NCBI GenBank assembly: GCA_964629755.1
Contig: CAZVSJ010000001.1
Coordinates: forward strand, 6,817-70,816
Reading direction: 5' to 3'
DNA: 64,000 nucleotides
DNA from: an uncultured Oscillospiraceae bacterium
GTDB lineage: Bacteria > Bacillota > Clostridia > Oscillospirales > Oscillospiraceae
Part shown: in pieces, positions 26,437-36,678 of the stretch
How positions within the stretch are numbered: position 1 is the stretch's first letter
Layout of the letters: the number at the start of each line of letters is the position of its first letter
Notes under the pieces: generated by a model
What the model saw: the letters and a program-made list of their open reading frames with translations, nothing else
Databases searched by the model: none
Told to the model about the DNA's origin: nothing
Translations under genes and position numbers: made by a program

Positions 26437-27605
26437 CACTCAATACACTCACCGACCTCGCCATCATGATCTTTGCGGGGATGTTTTGCGGCCGCATGGC
26501 AAAGCACCTCCGCCTGCCGAACGTCACGGGCTATCTGGTCGCGGGCCTGCTGATCGGCCCGAGCGTGCTCGGCCTGCTGACGAACGATTTTCTGGAGGCA
26601 ACCGGCATCATCTCCGACGTCGCCCTCGGCTTTATCGCCTTCTCCATCGGCAACGAATTTAAGCTGTCCTATTTCAAGCGCGTCGGCGCGGCGCCGATCG
26701 TCATCGCCTGCCTTGAGTCGCTGTTCGCGGTGCTGTTCGTCGTGCTCGGCCTGATCGTCTCCGGGCAGAGCGTCGCCTTCTCCCTCGTCCTCGGCGCAAT
26801 CGCCGCCGCGACCGCCCCCGCCGCGACCATCATGGTCATCAAGCAGTACCGCGCCAGAGGCCCCGTCACGGAGTCGCTCCTGTCCGTCGTCGCCATCGAC
26901 GACGCCACGGCGCTGATCCTGTTCTCCCTCGCCGTCGCCGTTGCGCAGGCGCTCGCGGGCAGCGCGGCCTCGCTGGGTGCCTCCCTGCTCGTCCCGGTCA
27001 AGGAGATCGGCGGCGCCATCGTCGTAGGTGCGGCACTGGGCTTCATTTTCCTGCTCCCGCTGCGCTTTTTCAAGAAGGCGGGCAACCGCCTGTCGCTGAT
27101 CGTCGGCTTCATCTTCGCCGGCCTGGGCATCTCCCAGTGGCTCGGCCTGTCCAACCTGCTTCTGTGCATGGCGATGGGCGCAGTGCTTGCCAACTTCTCC
27201 GGCGACATCAACCAGCTCATGGACATCTGCGACAGCGTCACGCCGCCGATCTTCATGCTGTTCTTCGTCGCCTCCGGCGCGGATCTGAAGCTCTCCGTCC
27301 TGCCGACGGTCGGCGTGATCGGCGTGATCTACATCGTCCTGCGCGTCGTCGGCAAGATCTTCGGCGCGGGGCTGGGCGGCGTCGTCTGCAAGTGCGACAA
27401 CACCGTGAAAAAATTCCTCGGCCCGTGTCTGCTGCCGCAGGCGGGCGTCGCCATCGGCCTTTCGCTGGCGGCGGGCGAGGTCGTGCCGGAGCACGCACCG
27501 CAGATCCGCGCGGTCATCCTCTGCGGCACGCTCATCTATGAGCTGATCGGCCCTGCCGTCACCAAGCTCTCGCTGAAAAAAGCCGGCGAGATCAGCGGAA
27601 AATGA
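26433..27605 (+). CDS. Cation:proton antiporter (CPA2 family)
   Basis: LPNVTGYLVAGLLIGP, ATAPAAT, AIDD, PQAGVAIG; about 12 TM helices; no KTN domain. Confidence 0.9.
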   Translation: MTLNTLTDLAIMIFAGMFCGRMAKHLRLPNVTGYLVAGLLIGPSVLGLLTNDFLEATGIISDVALGFIAFSIGNEFKLSYFKRVGAAPIVIACLESLFAVLFVVLGLIVSGQSVAFSLVLGAIAAATAPAATIMVIKQYRARGPVTESLLSVVAIDDATALILFSLAVAVAQALAGSAASLGASLLVPVKEIGGAIVVGAALGFIFLLPLRFFKKAGNRLSLIVGFIFAGLGISQWLGLSNLLLCMAMGAVLANFSGDINQLMDICDSVTPPIFMLFFVASGADLKLSVLPTVGVIGVIYIVLRVVGKIFGAGLGGVVCKCDNTVKKFLGPCLLPQAGVAIGLSLAAGEVVPEHAPQIRAVILCGTLIYELIGPAVTKLSLKKAGEISGK

Positions 27606-27607
27606 CC

Positions 27608-27657
27608 AAATAAAACCCGCAGAGTTCTTCATGAAAGAGCTCTGCGGGTTTTATTTT
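27608..27657. terminator. Bidirectional terminator
   Basis: AAATAAAACCCGCAGAG...CTCTGCGGGTTTTATTT. Confidence 0.85.
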
Positions 27658-27662
27658 GGAAT

Positions 27663-27908
27663 TCAAAAATCATGTCTGCTGCCGCAATCACTACCAAGTT
27701 GTTCGTAAACACAAACGATTTCTTCAATTTTTTGGAAGCAATCATGATCGTCAAGGGTATCGTCTTTGAGAATTGCCCTGATCTGCTCCAAGGCAGCATA
27801 GCAGGCATTCATGATGATTTGTTCTGCATGAATGCTGTCTTTCAAGACAGGGCTATTCATCGCTGTTTCCCGTACTTCCTTCAAGAAAATCTCCTCGTAT
27901 AGTTTCAC
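27663..27908 (-). CDS. Small acidic hypothetical protein (lower GC)
   Basis: Probable GTG start at 27908; helical, ends CFQKIEEIVCVYEQLGSDCGSRHDF; divergent from an HTH gene. Confidence 0.65.
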   Translation of the reverse strand: MKLYEEIFLKEVRETAMNSPVLKDSIHAEQIIMNACYAALEQIRAILKDDTLDDHDCFQKIEEIVCVYEQLGSDCGSRHDF

Positions 27909-28007
27909 TTTGTTCCCGCCATTCCTCGTCATTTATGGGGATATATCCCCTTAATGATTTGGATTATAACCCCCATAATAACAAATGTCAAGATGGGGGA
28001 ATGAGAT

Positions 28008-28217
28008 ATGATATGTTTCGATAAGCTCTGGGACGTCATGCGGGAAAAGGGTATTTCCACCTATGTGCTGCGCGAACGCGCGGGCATCGACAGCAAGACC
28101 ATCCGCCGCCTGCGAGCCAATGACAACACCGAGACGAAAACGTTAAGCAAGCTGTGCGAGGCGCTGGACTGTTCCCTTGCGGACATTGCAGAATACATCC
28201 CGGACGAAAAAGTCTGA
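28008..28217 (+). CDS. Cro/C1-type (XRE) HTH regulator
   Basis: 69 aa; KLWDVMREKGIS...TLSKLCEALDC pattern. Confidence 0.85.
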   Translation: MICFDKLWDVMREKGISTYVLRERAGIDSKTIRRLRANDNTETKTLSKLCEALDCSLADIAEYIPDEKV

Positions 28218-28268
28218 AAAAGCCGGGCAGACCGAAAAACACGGTCTGCCCGGCTTGGTTATTTTGAA

Positions 28269-28901
28269 TTATTTCGTGCCGAAGATGCGGTCGCCGCAGT
28301 CGCCGAGGCCGGGGACGATATAAGCGTGCTCATTGAGCTTTTCGTCCACTGCGGTGATGATGATGTCAATGTCGGGGTGGGCTTCCGAAACGGCCTTGAT
28401 GCCCTCCGGCGCGGCGATGATGTCCATCAGTGTGATGGATTTGCAGCCGTACTCGCGCTTGAGGATGTCGATGGCCGCGATGGCACTGCCGCCCGTCGCG
28501 AGCATGGGATCCACGATAAAGACCTGCCGTTCGGAGATGTCCGGCGGCATCTTGCAGTAATACTGAACCGGCTCGTGCGTCTCCGGGTCGCGGAACAGGC
28601 CGATGTGGCCGACCTTTGCCGAGGGGATCAGGGAGATCATGGTGTCGACCATGCCGAGGCCGGCACGGAGGATGGGCACGATGGCCAGCTTCTTGCCCGA
28701 GAGCACTCTGACCTTTGCCGGGGCGACCGGCGTTTCGATCTCGATTTCCTGCGTGGGGAGGTTGCGCGTTGCCTCATAGCACATCAGCGCGGCGATCTCA
28801 CCGACGATCTCACGGAACTCCTTAACGCCCGTGTTCTTGTCGCGGAGGATCGACAGCTTGTGCTGAAGCAGGGGGTGGTCCAAAATCTGTACTTTTCCCA
28901 T
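28269..28901 (-). CDS. upp: Uracil phosphoribosyltransferase
   Basis: [27 protein letters not shown]. Confidence 0.97.
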   Translation of the reverse strand: MGKVQILDHPLLQHKLSILRDKNTGVKEFREIVGEIAALMCYEATRNLPTQEIEIETPVAPAKVRVLSGKKLAIVPILRAGLGMVDTMISLIPSAKVGHIGLFRDPETHEPVQYYCKMPPDISERQVFIVDPMLATGGSAIAAIDILKREYGCKSITLMDIIAAPEGIKAVSEAHPDIDIIITAVDEKLNEHAYIVPGLGDCGDRIFGTK

Positions 28902-29617
28902 TATGCTTCTCCTTTGCTCCGTTGCAGACGCTCGTTGCGCTCGCGCTCGGCCTGCGACAGCCGCAGATAATTCGGCTGAAGCGTCGCGCCGTCAAAGCTC
29001 CCGCCGTTCAGAAGCTGGCGGCGCGCGGCAAGCGCCACGCCCGATGCGCGCTGCATTCTGATGTGTTCCGGCGCAAGAACGCAGCCGGATACAAGTTTGC
29101 CGAAGGTATTATAGCACAACTGCGCCCCGTCGCCAACCATAATTTTTGGTTTTTTCTCATTTTTCAGCATTTCCGCCAATTCCTCCAGCGAAATTGCGCA
29201 GTCGTCTGTCAGCCGCGTCAGCGTGCCGCCCTCGCAGGAAAAGAGCGCACTGTAAACCTGCGCCCGGCGGGCGTCCATCGCGCAGCAGACCACGCCCTCA
29301 AACAGCCGCGCCTGCTGCGCCATCGCCTCCAGCGTGGACACGCCGACGCAGGGCAGGTCACGTCCCCAGGCGAAGCCCTTTGCCGCCGCCACGCCGATGC
29401 GCACGCCCGTAAAGCTGCCCGGTCCCGCGGCGCAGGCGACCGCGTCAACGTCCTGCGCGGTCAGATCGCACGCGGAGAGCAGATCCTGCGCCAGCTTCAT
29501 CAGCGTCCGGCTGTGGGTCTGGCCGCAGTTCAGATAGCTCTCGCCGAGCAGACGGTCGTCCTCCAAAAGCGCGGCCGAGGCCGCCTTTGCCGACGTCTCA
29601 AAGGCCAGGATCCGCAT
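28901..29617 (-). CDS. tsaB: tRNA t6A biosynthesis protein TsaB
   Basis: ATG 29617 (MRILAFETS); [20 protein letters not shown]. Confidence 0.95.
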   Translation of the reverse strand: MRILAFETSAKAASAALLEDDRLLGESYLNCGQTHSRTLMKLAQDLLSACDLTAQDVDAVACAAGPGSFTGVRIGVAAAKGFAWGRDLPCVGVSTLEAMAQQARLFEGVVCCAMDARRAQVYSALFSCEGGTLTRLTDDCAISLEELAEMLKNEKKPKIMVGDGAQLCYNTFGKLVSGCVLAPEHIRMQRASGVALAARRQLLNGGSFDGATLQPNYLRLSQAERERNERLQRSKGEA

Positions 29618-30035
29618 AGCCTTCCCCTCCTTCAATGGTGATGCGCCGTTCGGCGTCGCCTGTCTTTTCGATGCTGACGGTGACGGCGTCCTGCATGGCG
29701 TCCGCGACGTTCTCGCTCCACTCCACCGCGCAGACGCCGCCGCGCAGCAGATAGTCCTCCCAGCCGATGTCGAACAGCTCGTCGCTCGAGCCGAGGCGGT
29801 ACATATCAAAATGGAACAGCGGCAGCCGCCCGCCGGTATATTCGTTGACGATGGTGTAGGTCGGGCTGGTAACGCGCATGGAAATGCCCAGCCCCCGCGC
29901 GAGGCCGCGCGTAAAGGCCGTTTTGCCCGCGCCGAGGTCGCCGCGGTAGGCGATCACCTCGCCGCCGCGCAGCACAGCGCCGAGCTTCTGCCCCAAAAGC
30001 TCCGTCTCCTCCGGGCTTTTCGTGATGAATTGCAT
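29598..30035 (-). CDS. tsaE: tRNA t6A biosynthesis ATPase TsaE
   Basis: GDLGAGKT, SPTY, HFDMYRL, VEW; ATG 30035. Confidence 0.96.
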   Translation of the reverse strand: MQFITKSPEETELLGQKLGAVLRGGEVIAYRGDLGAGKTAFTRGLARGLGISMRVTSPTYTIVNEYTGGRLPLFHFDMYRLGSSDELFDIGWEDYLLRGGVCAVEWSENVADAMQDAVTVSIEKTGDAERRITIEGGEGYADPGL

Positions 30036-30175
30036 CCGCTTCACTTCCTTTGTTCGGATTATACCACAAAAACACATTTTTTGCAAAAACAACTTTTCCG
30101 GTTTACAGATTCGCCGTTTAATGATAGAATAGATCGGTAGAAAAACGGCAGACCGTGACCGGAGGAGGTGCGCGC

Positions 30176-31327
30176 ATGAAAAAGCTGGTCCGCAAGCTGA
30201 CCGAGATCGTAAAAAAAGGCGACATGGTGCTTCTGGCGCTTTGCGTGGCCGCTACCCTCTTCGGCATCGTGATGATCTACGCCGCCACCTTATGGGAGGG
30301 CAGCTCCCGTTACATCATCGTGCAGACCGGCTCGCTGATCGCGGGCATTATGATCTACTTCGCACTGACCGCCTTCGACATTGACATCCTCGCCGGTCAG
30401 CGGACGCTCCTGTTCCTGTTCAACGTCGTGTTCATCGGGATGCTGCTGATCTGGGGCGTTGAGGGTACGTCGGGCAACAAGAGCTGGCTGTCGTTCCCCT
30501 TCCTGCCGTTCAACATCCAGCCCGCCGAGGTCTGTAAGATCACCTATATCATTATTCTTGCCAAAACCATGAGCGTCAACCAGACGAGAATTTCCTCCGT
30601 GCGCTCCGTCGGCACGCTCACCGCTCATATGCTCTTCATCGTCGCGCTCATCATCGTCATCTCCCGCGACACGGGCGTCGCGCTGATCTTCGTGTTCATC
30701 TTCCTCGCCATGGCCTATGCCGGCGGCGTAAGCGGCTGGTGGTTCCTCGGCGGCGCGGGTGCGCTGGCTGTCGCCGCGCCGACGCTCTGGAACGTTGTCC
30801 TGCGCGAAGACCAGAAAAACCGCATTCTCGTGCTTTACGACTCATCCATCGACCCCAGCGGTCTGGACGAGCTGTGGCAGACCAACCAGAACCTCAAGGC
30901 GCTGCGCAACGGCGGCCTGTCCGGACAGGGGCTGTTCCACGGCAACATGACGTCCGTCGGTTCGCTGCCCGCGCAGCACACGGACTCCATCTTCTCCACC
31001 GTCGGCGAGCAGCTCGGCATGATCGGCTGCATCATTCTGCTGCTGCTCCTGCTGGCTATCGTGCTGCGCATCATCTATGTCGGCATGAAGTCGCCGGACT
31101 ATATGAACCGCCTGATCTGCATCGGCATCGCCTCGATGCTGCTGTTCCAGATCCTCATCAACGTCGGTATGTGCCTCGGCCTTCTGCCGGTCATCGGCCT
31201 CGCCCTGCCCTTCATCAGCTACGGCGGCAGCTCGATTCTGACCTCGTTCATGGCGATGGGCATCGTCTCCGGCATCAAAATGCGGCCCGCCCGCGACATC
31301 CGCGCCCACTATATCCGACCGTACTGA
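30176..31327 (+). CDS. FtsW/RodA/SpoVE (SEDS) family protein, RodA-like
   Basis: IQPAEVCK, DTG, LPAQHTDSIF, LPFISYGGSS. Confidence 0.92.
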   Translation: MKKLVRKLTEIVKKGDMVLLALCVAATLFGIVMIYAATLWEGSSRYIIVQTGSLIAGIMIYFALTAFDIDILAGQRTLLFLFNVVFIGMLLIWGVEGTSGNKSWLSFPFLPFNIQPAEVCKITYIIILAKTMSVNQTRISSVRSVGTLTAHMLFIVALIIVISRDTGVALIFVFIFLAMAYAGGVSGWWFLGGAGALAVAAPTLWNVVLREDQKNRILVLYDSSIDPSGLDELWQTNQNLKALRNGGLSGQGLFHGNMTSVGSLPAQHTDSIFSTVGEQLGMIGCIILLLLLLAIVLRIIYVGMKSPDYMNRLICIGIASMLLFQILINVGMCLGLLPVIGLALPFISYGGSSILTSFMAMGIVSGIKMRPARDIRAHYIRPY

Positions 31328-31458
31328 ATCATTTTCCGCCTCCGTCCGCGTCCTTCGGGATGGCGCACGGAGGCGGACGATTTTTTTGCCACAATTTTGC
31401 ATAGCGCGCAAATTTCGGTTCATCCTATGCGTGAAGAAATTCACAGGAGGGAACTCGA

Positions 31459-32643
31459 ATGAAAACCATCGTCCGCACCCTTGCCCTTGGCGTTCTCTGC
31501 GCGCTGGCGCTCGGCACCGCCGCATTCGCCGCAGACGGCGAGACGCTCTATAACGCCGAATACTGCTTCTGCGAGGCGGATTTCTCCACCGACGCCTATT
31601 CCGGCTTCAGCGGCATCTTCGTCAGCGCCGTCCCCGAAGCGGAGGTCGCCTCCGTCATGCTGGGGCAGCGCACCATCCGCGCAGGCGACGTTTTGCCCGT
31701 CGACGCGCTGGAGCGTCTGCGCCTCGTCCCCGCGTGCGCGGAGAGCTGCAACGCCGACTTCTGCTACCGTCCCATCTGCGAAACGGCGCTCGGAGAGCCG
31801 TCTAAGGTGACCATCCGCATCCAGTCCGGCAAAAACGCAACACCGAAGGCCAACAACGCCGAGTTTGAGACGTACAAGAACATCGCAAACGACGGCAAGC
31901 TGACCGGCTCCGACCCGGAGGAGGCGCAGCTTACCTTCCAGCTTGTGGAAAAGCCGAAGCGCGGCACGGTCAAGCTCAATGAGGACGGCACCTACGTCTA
32001 CACGCCCGACAAGAACAAGGTCGGAGAGGACAGCTTCACCTTCACCGTGACCGACGACGCAGGCAACGTCTCCAAGCCCGCGACCGTCAGCATCCGCATC
32101 CTCAAGCCCACGCAGAGCATGACCTTTGCCGACATGGAGGGCCGCACCGATCTTTATGAGGCGGTGTGGCTGTGCAACGAAGACCTCGGCAGCGGCAGAA
32201 GCATCGGCGGCACGCTCTGCTTCTGTCCGAACGAGACGGTCAGCCGTGCGGAATTCCTTGTCATGGCGATGAAGCTGCGCGGCGTCCCCGTCGATCCCGC
32301 GCTCACCGTCTCCGGCTTTGCCGATGCGGACGCGGCCCCCGCCTGGGTGCAGCCCTATCTTGCCTCGGCCATGCGGCGCGGCTTCATCCGCGGCGAGACC
32401 GGCGAGGCCGGCGCGGTTTTCCGTCCGAATGACGCCATCACCGGCCGCGAAGCCGCCGTGATGCTGCAAAATATGCTGGAGCTTCCGATCTCCGCCGCCG
32501 CCTTCCGGCCGGCGCAGGAAACCTGGTACGCCTCGTCCGTGCAGGCGCTCAGCGAAGCGGGCATCACGCTCTCCGCGCCCGACCGCCCCCTCACCCGCGC
32601 GGCGGTGGCAGGTCTGCTCTATCAGGTCGCGCAGCTCGGATAA
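31459..32643 (+). CDS. Exported protein with Ig/cadherin-like domain and SLH domains
   Basis: Signal peptide (AFA); GTYVYTP...GEDSFTFTVTD; SRAEF, TGREAA, TRAAVA SLH-like motifs. Confidence 0.8.
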   Translation: MKTIVRTLALGVLCALALGTAAFAADGETLYNAEYCFCEADFSTDAYSGFSGIFVSAVPEAEVASVMLGQRTIRAGDVLPVDALERLRLVPACAESCNADFCYRPICETALGEPSKVTIRIQSGKNATPKANNAEFETYKNIANDGKLTGSDPEEAQLTFQLVEKPKRGTVKLNEDGTYVYTPDKNKVGEDSFTFTVTDDAGNVSKPATVSIRILKPTQSMTFADMEGRTDLYEAVWLCNEDLGSGRSIGGTLCFCPNETVSRAEFLVMAMKLRGVPVDPALTVSGFADADAAPAWVQPYLASAMRRGFIRGETGEAGAVFRPNDAITGREAAVMLQNMLELPISAAAFRPAQETWYASSVQALSEAGITLSAPDRPLTRAAVAGLLYQVAQLG

Positions 32644-32682
32644 AACGAAACGCCTGCCGCAGCTTGCGGCAGGCGTTTTGGG

Positions 32683-33066
32683 TCATTCTTCGGTTTTCGG
32701 TTCCTCTTCCTCCGGCGCATCCATCAGCGGCACGACGTCGAAGTCCTCCTCCGTCTCCTCCGCGTCCGGCGCGGCGGAATACTCCGCCTTGGCGTCCGCG
32801 ATCTCCTCGCGCAGCTCGTTGATCCGGCGGAAGGACGCGGAAATGCTCTCGCACAGCGGATGGTACTCGGCGGTGTCCGCCTCCTCGTCCGTGACATAGT
32901 CCTTGTAGTAGATCTTGCCGAGCTTCGTATAGTTGCGGCGGATCTTTTCCTGCTCCGTCAGGATCGCAAGACGCTTTTTCGATACCAGCGCGACATATTT
33001 GGCGGTTTTCGCGGCAGTCTGCGCTGCACCGGTCGCCATACCCTTCAGGTCGTCCATAGTTGCCAT
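32683..33066 (-). CDS. Hypothetical coiled-coil protein with acidic tail
   Basis: GGAGG RBS; co-oriented downstream of lgt; YTKLGKIYY motif. Confidence 0.75.
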   Translation of the reverse strand: MATMDDLKGMATGAAQTAAKTAKYVALVSKKRLAILTEQEKIRRNYTKLGKIYYKDYVTDEEADTAEYHPLCESISASFRRINELREEIADAKAEYSAAPDAEETEEDFDVVPLMDAPEEEEPKTEE

Positions 33067-33078
33067 CGTGTTACCTCC

Positions 33079-33966
33079 TTATTCTTCCGTTGTATTCTCA
33101 CTTGCCGTCTCCTGTTCGGCGGCGGCGCGGTTGACCAACATATTGCGCGGATCGGGATGCCGGAACGCAAACACATAGATGAGGATCGCCACCGAGGCCA
33201 CGCAGGTCACGGCTGCCAGAAGCTGGCTGACGCGGAACGGGCCGATGTACAGGCTGTCCGTGCGCAGCCCCTCGATGAACGCCCTGCCCAGACCATACCA
33301 CGCGAGGTAGCACAGGATGATCTGGCCGTCAAATTTCCGCTTTTTCGACACGAAATGCAGGATCACAACACCGGCCAGATTCCACACGGATTCGTACAGG
33401 AAGGTCGGGTGGACAAAGATCTGCTGTCCATGTTTGATCAGTCCCATGCGCAGGAAGTTCGTCGTCTCGCCGCCATGTGCCTCGCGGTTGAAGAAATTGC
33501 CCCAACGGCCGATGCCCTGCCCGATCAGCAGGCCGATGCTGCCGATGTCCATATAGGGCAGGAGCTTGGCTCTGCGTTTTTTGCTCGTCATGCAGTAGAT
33601 CGTCGCGGCCAGCAGCGCGGCGATCACCGCACCGTAGATGGCAAGGCCGCCGTCGCGGATCATCAGGCACTTGTACCACGGGATGCCCGGCCCGAAATAC
33701 TGCTTCCATTCAAATATGACGTAGTAGGCACGGGCGCCGACGATTGCGCTGGGCAGACCCACGAAAACGATATTGTAAATATCGTCTGCCGTCAGGCCGA
33801 ACTCCTTGCAGCGGCGCATCGCGTACAGCACCGCCAGCAGCAGGCCGAAGGCGATCACCACGGCGTACCATTTGATCTCAAAATTGCCGATGAAAAAGCC
33901 GTCGCTCGGGTTGACCTCAATGCCAAGGCCGGGAAAGCTGATCGGCGAGGTATCGGAAAGAATCAT
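33079..33966 (-). CDS. lgt: Prolipoprotein diacylglyceryl transferase
   Basis: GGLAIYG, GRWGNFFN, HPTFLYES. Confidence 0.96.
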   Translation of the reverse strand: MILSDTSPISFPGLGIEVNPSDGFFIGNFEIKWYAVVIAFGLLLAVLYAMRRCKEFGLTADDIYNIVFVGLPSAIVGARAYYVIFEWKQYFGPGIPWYKCLMIRDGGLAIYGAVIAALLAATIYCMTSKKRRAKLLPYMDIGSIGLLIGQGIGRWGNFFNREAHGGETTNFLRMGLIKHGQQIFVHPTFLYESVWNLAGVVILHFVSKKRKFDGQIILCYLAWYGLGRAFIEGLRTDSLYIGPFRVSQLLAAVTCVASVAILIYVFAFRHPDPRNMLVNRAAAEQETASENTTEE

Positions 33967-35243
33967 TCTGTCTCCTCCTTTGGGCTGACGATCGAAATTG
34001 CCGCACGCTCGGGGCGGATCGTCTCGCGTAAAAATTCCAGCACATCCTCCGGCGTGACGGAGGCATAGGCCTCCGGGAAGCGGAAATAGTCCGCCCCGTC
34101 GAAGCAGTATGCACAGATACGATAGCAGATACTTTCAAAGCTGTCAAGGTCTCTCGTGCGTCTGCCGAGGGCGGATTTTTTCAGCCGCTCGAAGAGCGCC
34201 GTGTCGAAGCCCTCGCACCCGATGCGTTCGGCCTCTTCCAGCATAGCCGCCAGCACTGCCTCCGGGTCTCTGCTGTCGCCGCCGGCGGAGAACAGGCACG
34301 CGTCCTTGACGCTCTCGTAGCCGGCGGAGAAGTCGGCGTCGATCATCCCTTCCTCATAAAGCCTTTGATACAGCGGCGAGGATTCGCCGATTAAGATCTC
34401 GGCGGCAAGGTCGCCGATGATCTCGCGGCGCATCGTCTCCATGCCCGCCTCCGGCGGGGCACACTTGAATCCGACGGAGAACGTCGGCATGGACACCTCC
34501 ATGCGCCGCGCCGTTTTTGCGCGGACGGGCAGCATCGTCTCGGCCGCGCCGTAATCGCGCACGGGCAGCACCCGCTGCGCGCCGTGCGCCATCTCGCGGG
34601 CCAGCGCGCAGACCTCGTCCGCGTCCACGTCGCCCACGACGCACAGCAGCATATTGGACGGGCAGTAAAACGCCCTGTGGCAGTCATAGAGCATCTCCGC
34701 CGTGATATCCCCGATGCTCTCGACGCTGCCCGCGATCGGCACGCGGACGGGATGCCCGGCAAAGAGCGCACCGAACAGATCCTCCCCGACACGCGATTCC
34801 GCGCTGTCTTCATACATCCGGATCTCCTGCGCGATGATGCCGCGCTCCTTTTCGACGCTCTCGTCCGTGAAGAACGGCGTATAGACCATGCGCATTAGGA
34901 CGCGCAGATTCTCCGCGAACTGCTCGGTGCAGGAGAAATAGTAGGCGGTCATGGCGTAGCTTGTAAAGGCGTTCGGGCTGCCGCCGTGCGCCGCGAAGAG
35001 ATTCATCGCGTTCCCGTCGGGCAGGTCGAACATCTTGTGCTCCAGATAATGCGCGATGCCGTCCGGCACGCGGAGCGTTTCCCCGTCTAACGTGAATTTC
35101 GTGTCGATCGATCCGAAATCCACCGCGAGGAAGGCATATTTGCGCGCAAAGCCGGGCTTTCTGACCACGCGGACGCGCAGCCCGTCCGGCAGGCGTTCCT
35201 CGTAGTACCCTTCCCCGATCTTCGGGTAGTCGAAGTAGGTCAT
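33963..35243 (-). CDS. M16 family zinc peptidase (YmfH-like)
   Basis: Inverted zinc motif HYLEH, NAFT, KERGII; ATG 35243. Confidence 0.92.
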   Translation of the reverse strand: MTYFDYPKIGEGYYEERLPDGLRVRVVRKPGFARKYAFLAVDFGSIDTKFTLDGETLRVPDGIAHYLEHKMFDLPDGNAMNLFAAHGGSPNAFTSYAMTAYYFSCTEQFAENLRVLMRMVYTPFFTDESVEKERGIIAQEIRMYEDSAESRVGEDLFGALFAGHPVRVPIAGSVESIGDITAEMLYDCHRAFYCPSNMLLCVVGDVDADEVCALAREMAHGAQRVLPVRDYGAAETMLPVRAKTARRMEVSMPTFSVGFKCAPPEAGMETMRREIIGDLAAEILIGESSPLYQRLYEEGMIDADFSAGYESVKDACLFSAGGDSRDPEAVLAAMLEEAERIGCEGFDTALFERLKKSALGRRTRDLDSFESICYRICAYCFDGADYFRFPEAYASVTPEDVLEFLRETIRPERAAISIVSPKEETE

Positions 35244-36514
35244 GCCGGTTCCCCCTTTAAGAAATAGATCGTATCGAGCGAGAGCTTCTGCGCGGCGCGT
35301 TGCAGCTCCTCCACGCGCACGGCGGCGATCTTCCCGGCAAGCGCCGGGTAGTCGTCGCAGTCGAGCACAGCCATGCCGCAATAGAATTCGTCCATCTGCG
35401 CGGGCGAATCCTGCGCGGCGCGGAGCGAGGAGAGCACCTGCCTGCGTGCGGATTCCAGCTCGTCTTCGGAAATGACGCCCTGCTTGCAGTCGTCGATCTC
35501 GTGCAGGATCGCCTGCTTCGCCGTGTCGTAGTTTTCAAACGCGATGCCGGACGAGATCACCATCACGCCCTTGTATTTTTCCAGGCTGGCGCTTGCATAA
35601 TAGCAAAGTGACAGCTTTTCGCGCACGTTGACGAACAGCTTGCTCGTCATGCCCGCGCCGAGTACCGCGTTGAGCAGGAGCAGGGCGGGATAGTCGGGAT
35701 CGGCTGCGGTGACGCCGGTGCGCAGACCCATGACCAGCTTACCCTGCGTGACGTCCATCGTCTCGGACAGCTCGCGCACGACCTGCGCGCTGCGCACGAC
35801 CTGCGTGCCGAAGGGCGTGATCTCCAACGGCTGCCGCTCCGCAAACACGGGCGCAAACAGCTTTGCCGCCTCCTGCACGGGGTATCTTCCGGCGTAGAAA
35901 ACCTCGATCTGCGAGGTGGACAGCACCTTCTGATAGTGCTGCCAGAGCGATTGCGGCGTGATGGCACGCACCGCTTCGACCGTGCCGAGGCGCGGCACGC
36001 CATATGCCTCGTCCGCGCACATCTCCTGCAGCAGCTTCGTCACCGCGTAGGTGCGCTTATCGTTCAGATTCGCCTCGATCGCGTTGATGAGGTTCTGCTT
36101 CTCGCCCTCGACATTGGCGGCGCAAAAAACGCCGTTTTCCGTGAGCGGGTGGTAGAGCACTTCACATAAAAACGCGGTCATCGGCGCGAACACGCTCTCG
36201 CCCCGCGGCAAAAACGCGTCCTCGACAAAGTCGGCGTAGAAGCCGAGCAGCTTTGTCTCGCCCTTGCGCCGCACCAGCGTGCCGAAAGTCGCGCCGTACA
36301 GCTCGTCGAGCTGCACCGAAATGCTGCGGATGTCGGGATAGCGCTCCGTCGCGCGCAGCAGCACGCTCGGAAGCAGCGCGTCCTGCGCGGCGTCCTGCGC
36401 CGTGTGCGGGCGCAGAAAATTCACGCTGAAGCAGGCCGTCTTGAATTTATCCGTCTGAATTGCGCGCAGGGTCACGCCCGGCGCCAATGCAATTTGAGTA
36501 ATCATTGCCTTCAT
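35240..36514 (-). CDS. M16 family non-catalytic partner (YmfF-like)
   Basis: KFKT, SKLFVNVREKLSLCYY; lacks HxxEH; paired with the YmfH-like gene. Confidence 0.9.
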   Translation of the reverse strand: MKAMITQIALAPGVTLRAIQTDKFKTACFSVNFLRPHTAQDAAQDALLPSVLLRATERYPDIRSISVQLDELYGATFGTLVRRKGETKLLGFYADFVEDAFLPRGESVFAPMTAFLCEVLYHPLTENGVFCAANVEGEKQNLINAIEANLNDKRTYAVTKLLQEMCADEAYGVPRLGTVEAVRAITPQSLWQHYQKVLSTSQIEVFYAGRYPVQEAAKLFAPVFAERQPLEITPFGTQVVRSAQVVRELSETMDVTQGKLVMGLRTGVTAADPDYPALLLLNAVLGAGMTSKLFVNVREKLSLCYYASASLEKYKGVMVISSGIAFENYDTAKQAILHEIDDCKQGVISEDELESARRQVLSSLRAAQDSPAQMDEFYCGMAVLDCDDYPALAGKIAAVRVEELQRAAQKLSLDTIYFLKGEPA

Positions 36515-36678
36515 CCTTTCGTTTCATCCATTATACACCATTTTCCCAAAAAGGAAAGAGGAAATTCGGCGCGCAGCGTCGGGAAAGCAGGTTTTTGGCG
36601 GCTGCGCAAAAATTAGTCTTGTTATTCTCTGCGGAATCCTGTAGAATATATGCACAAAAGGAACAGGAGATTCTGGCC

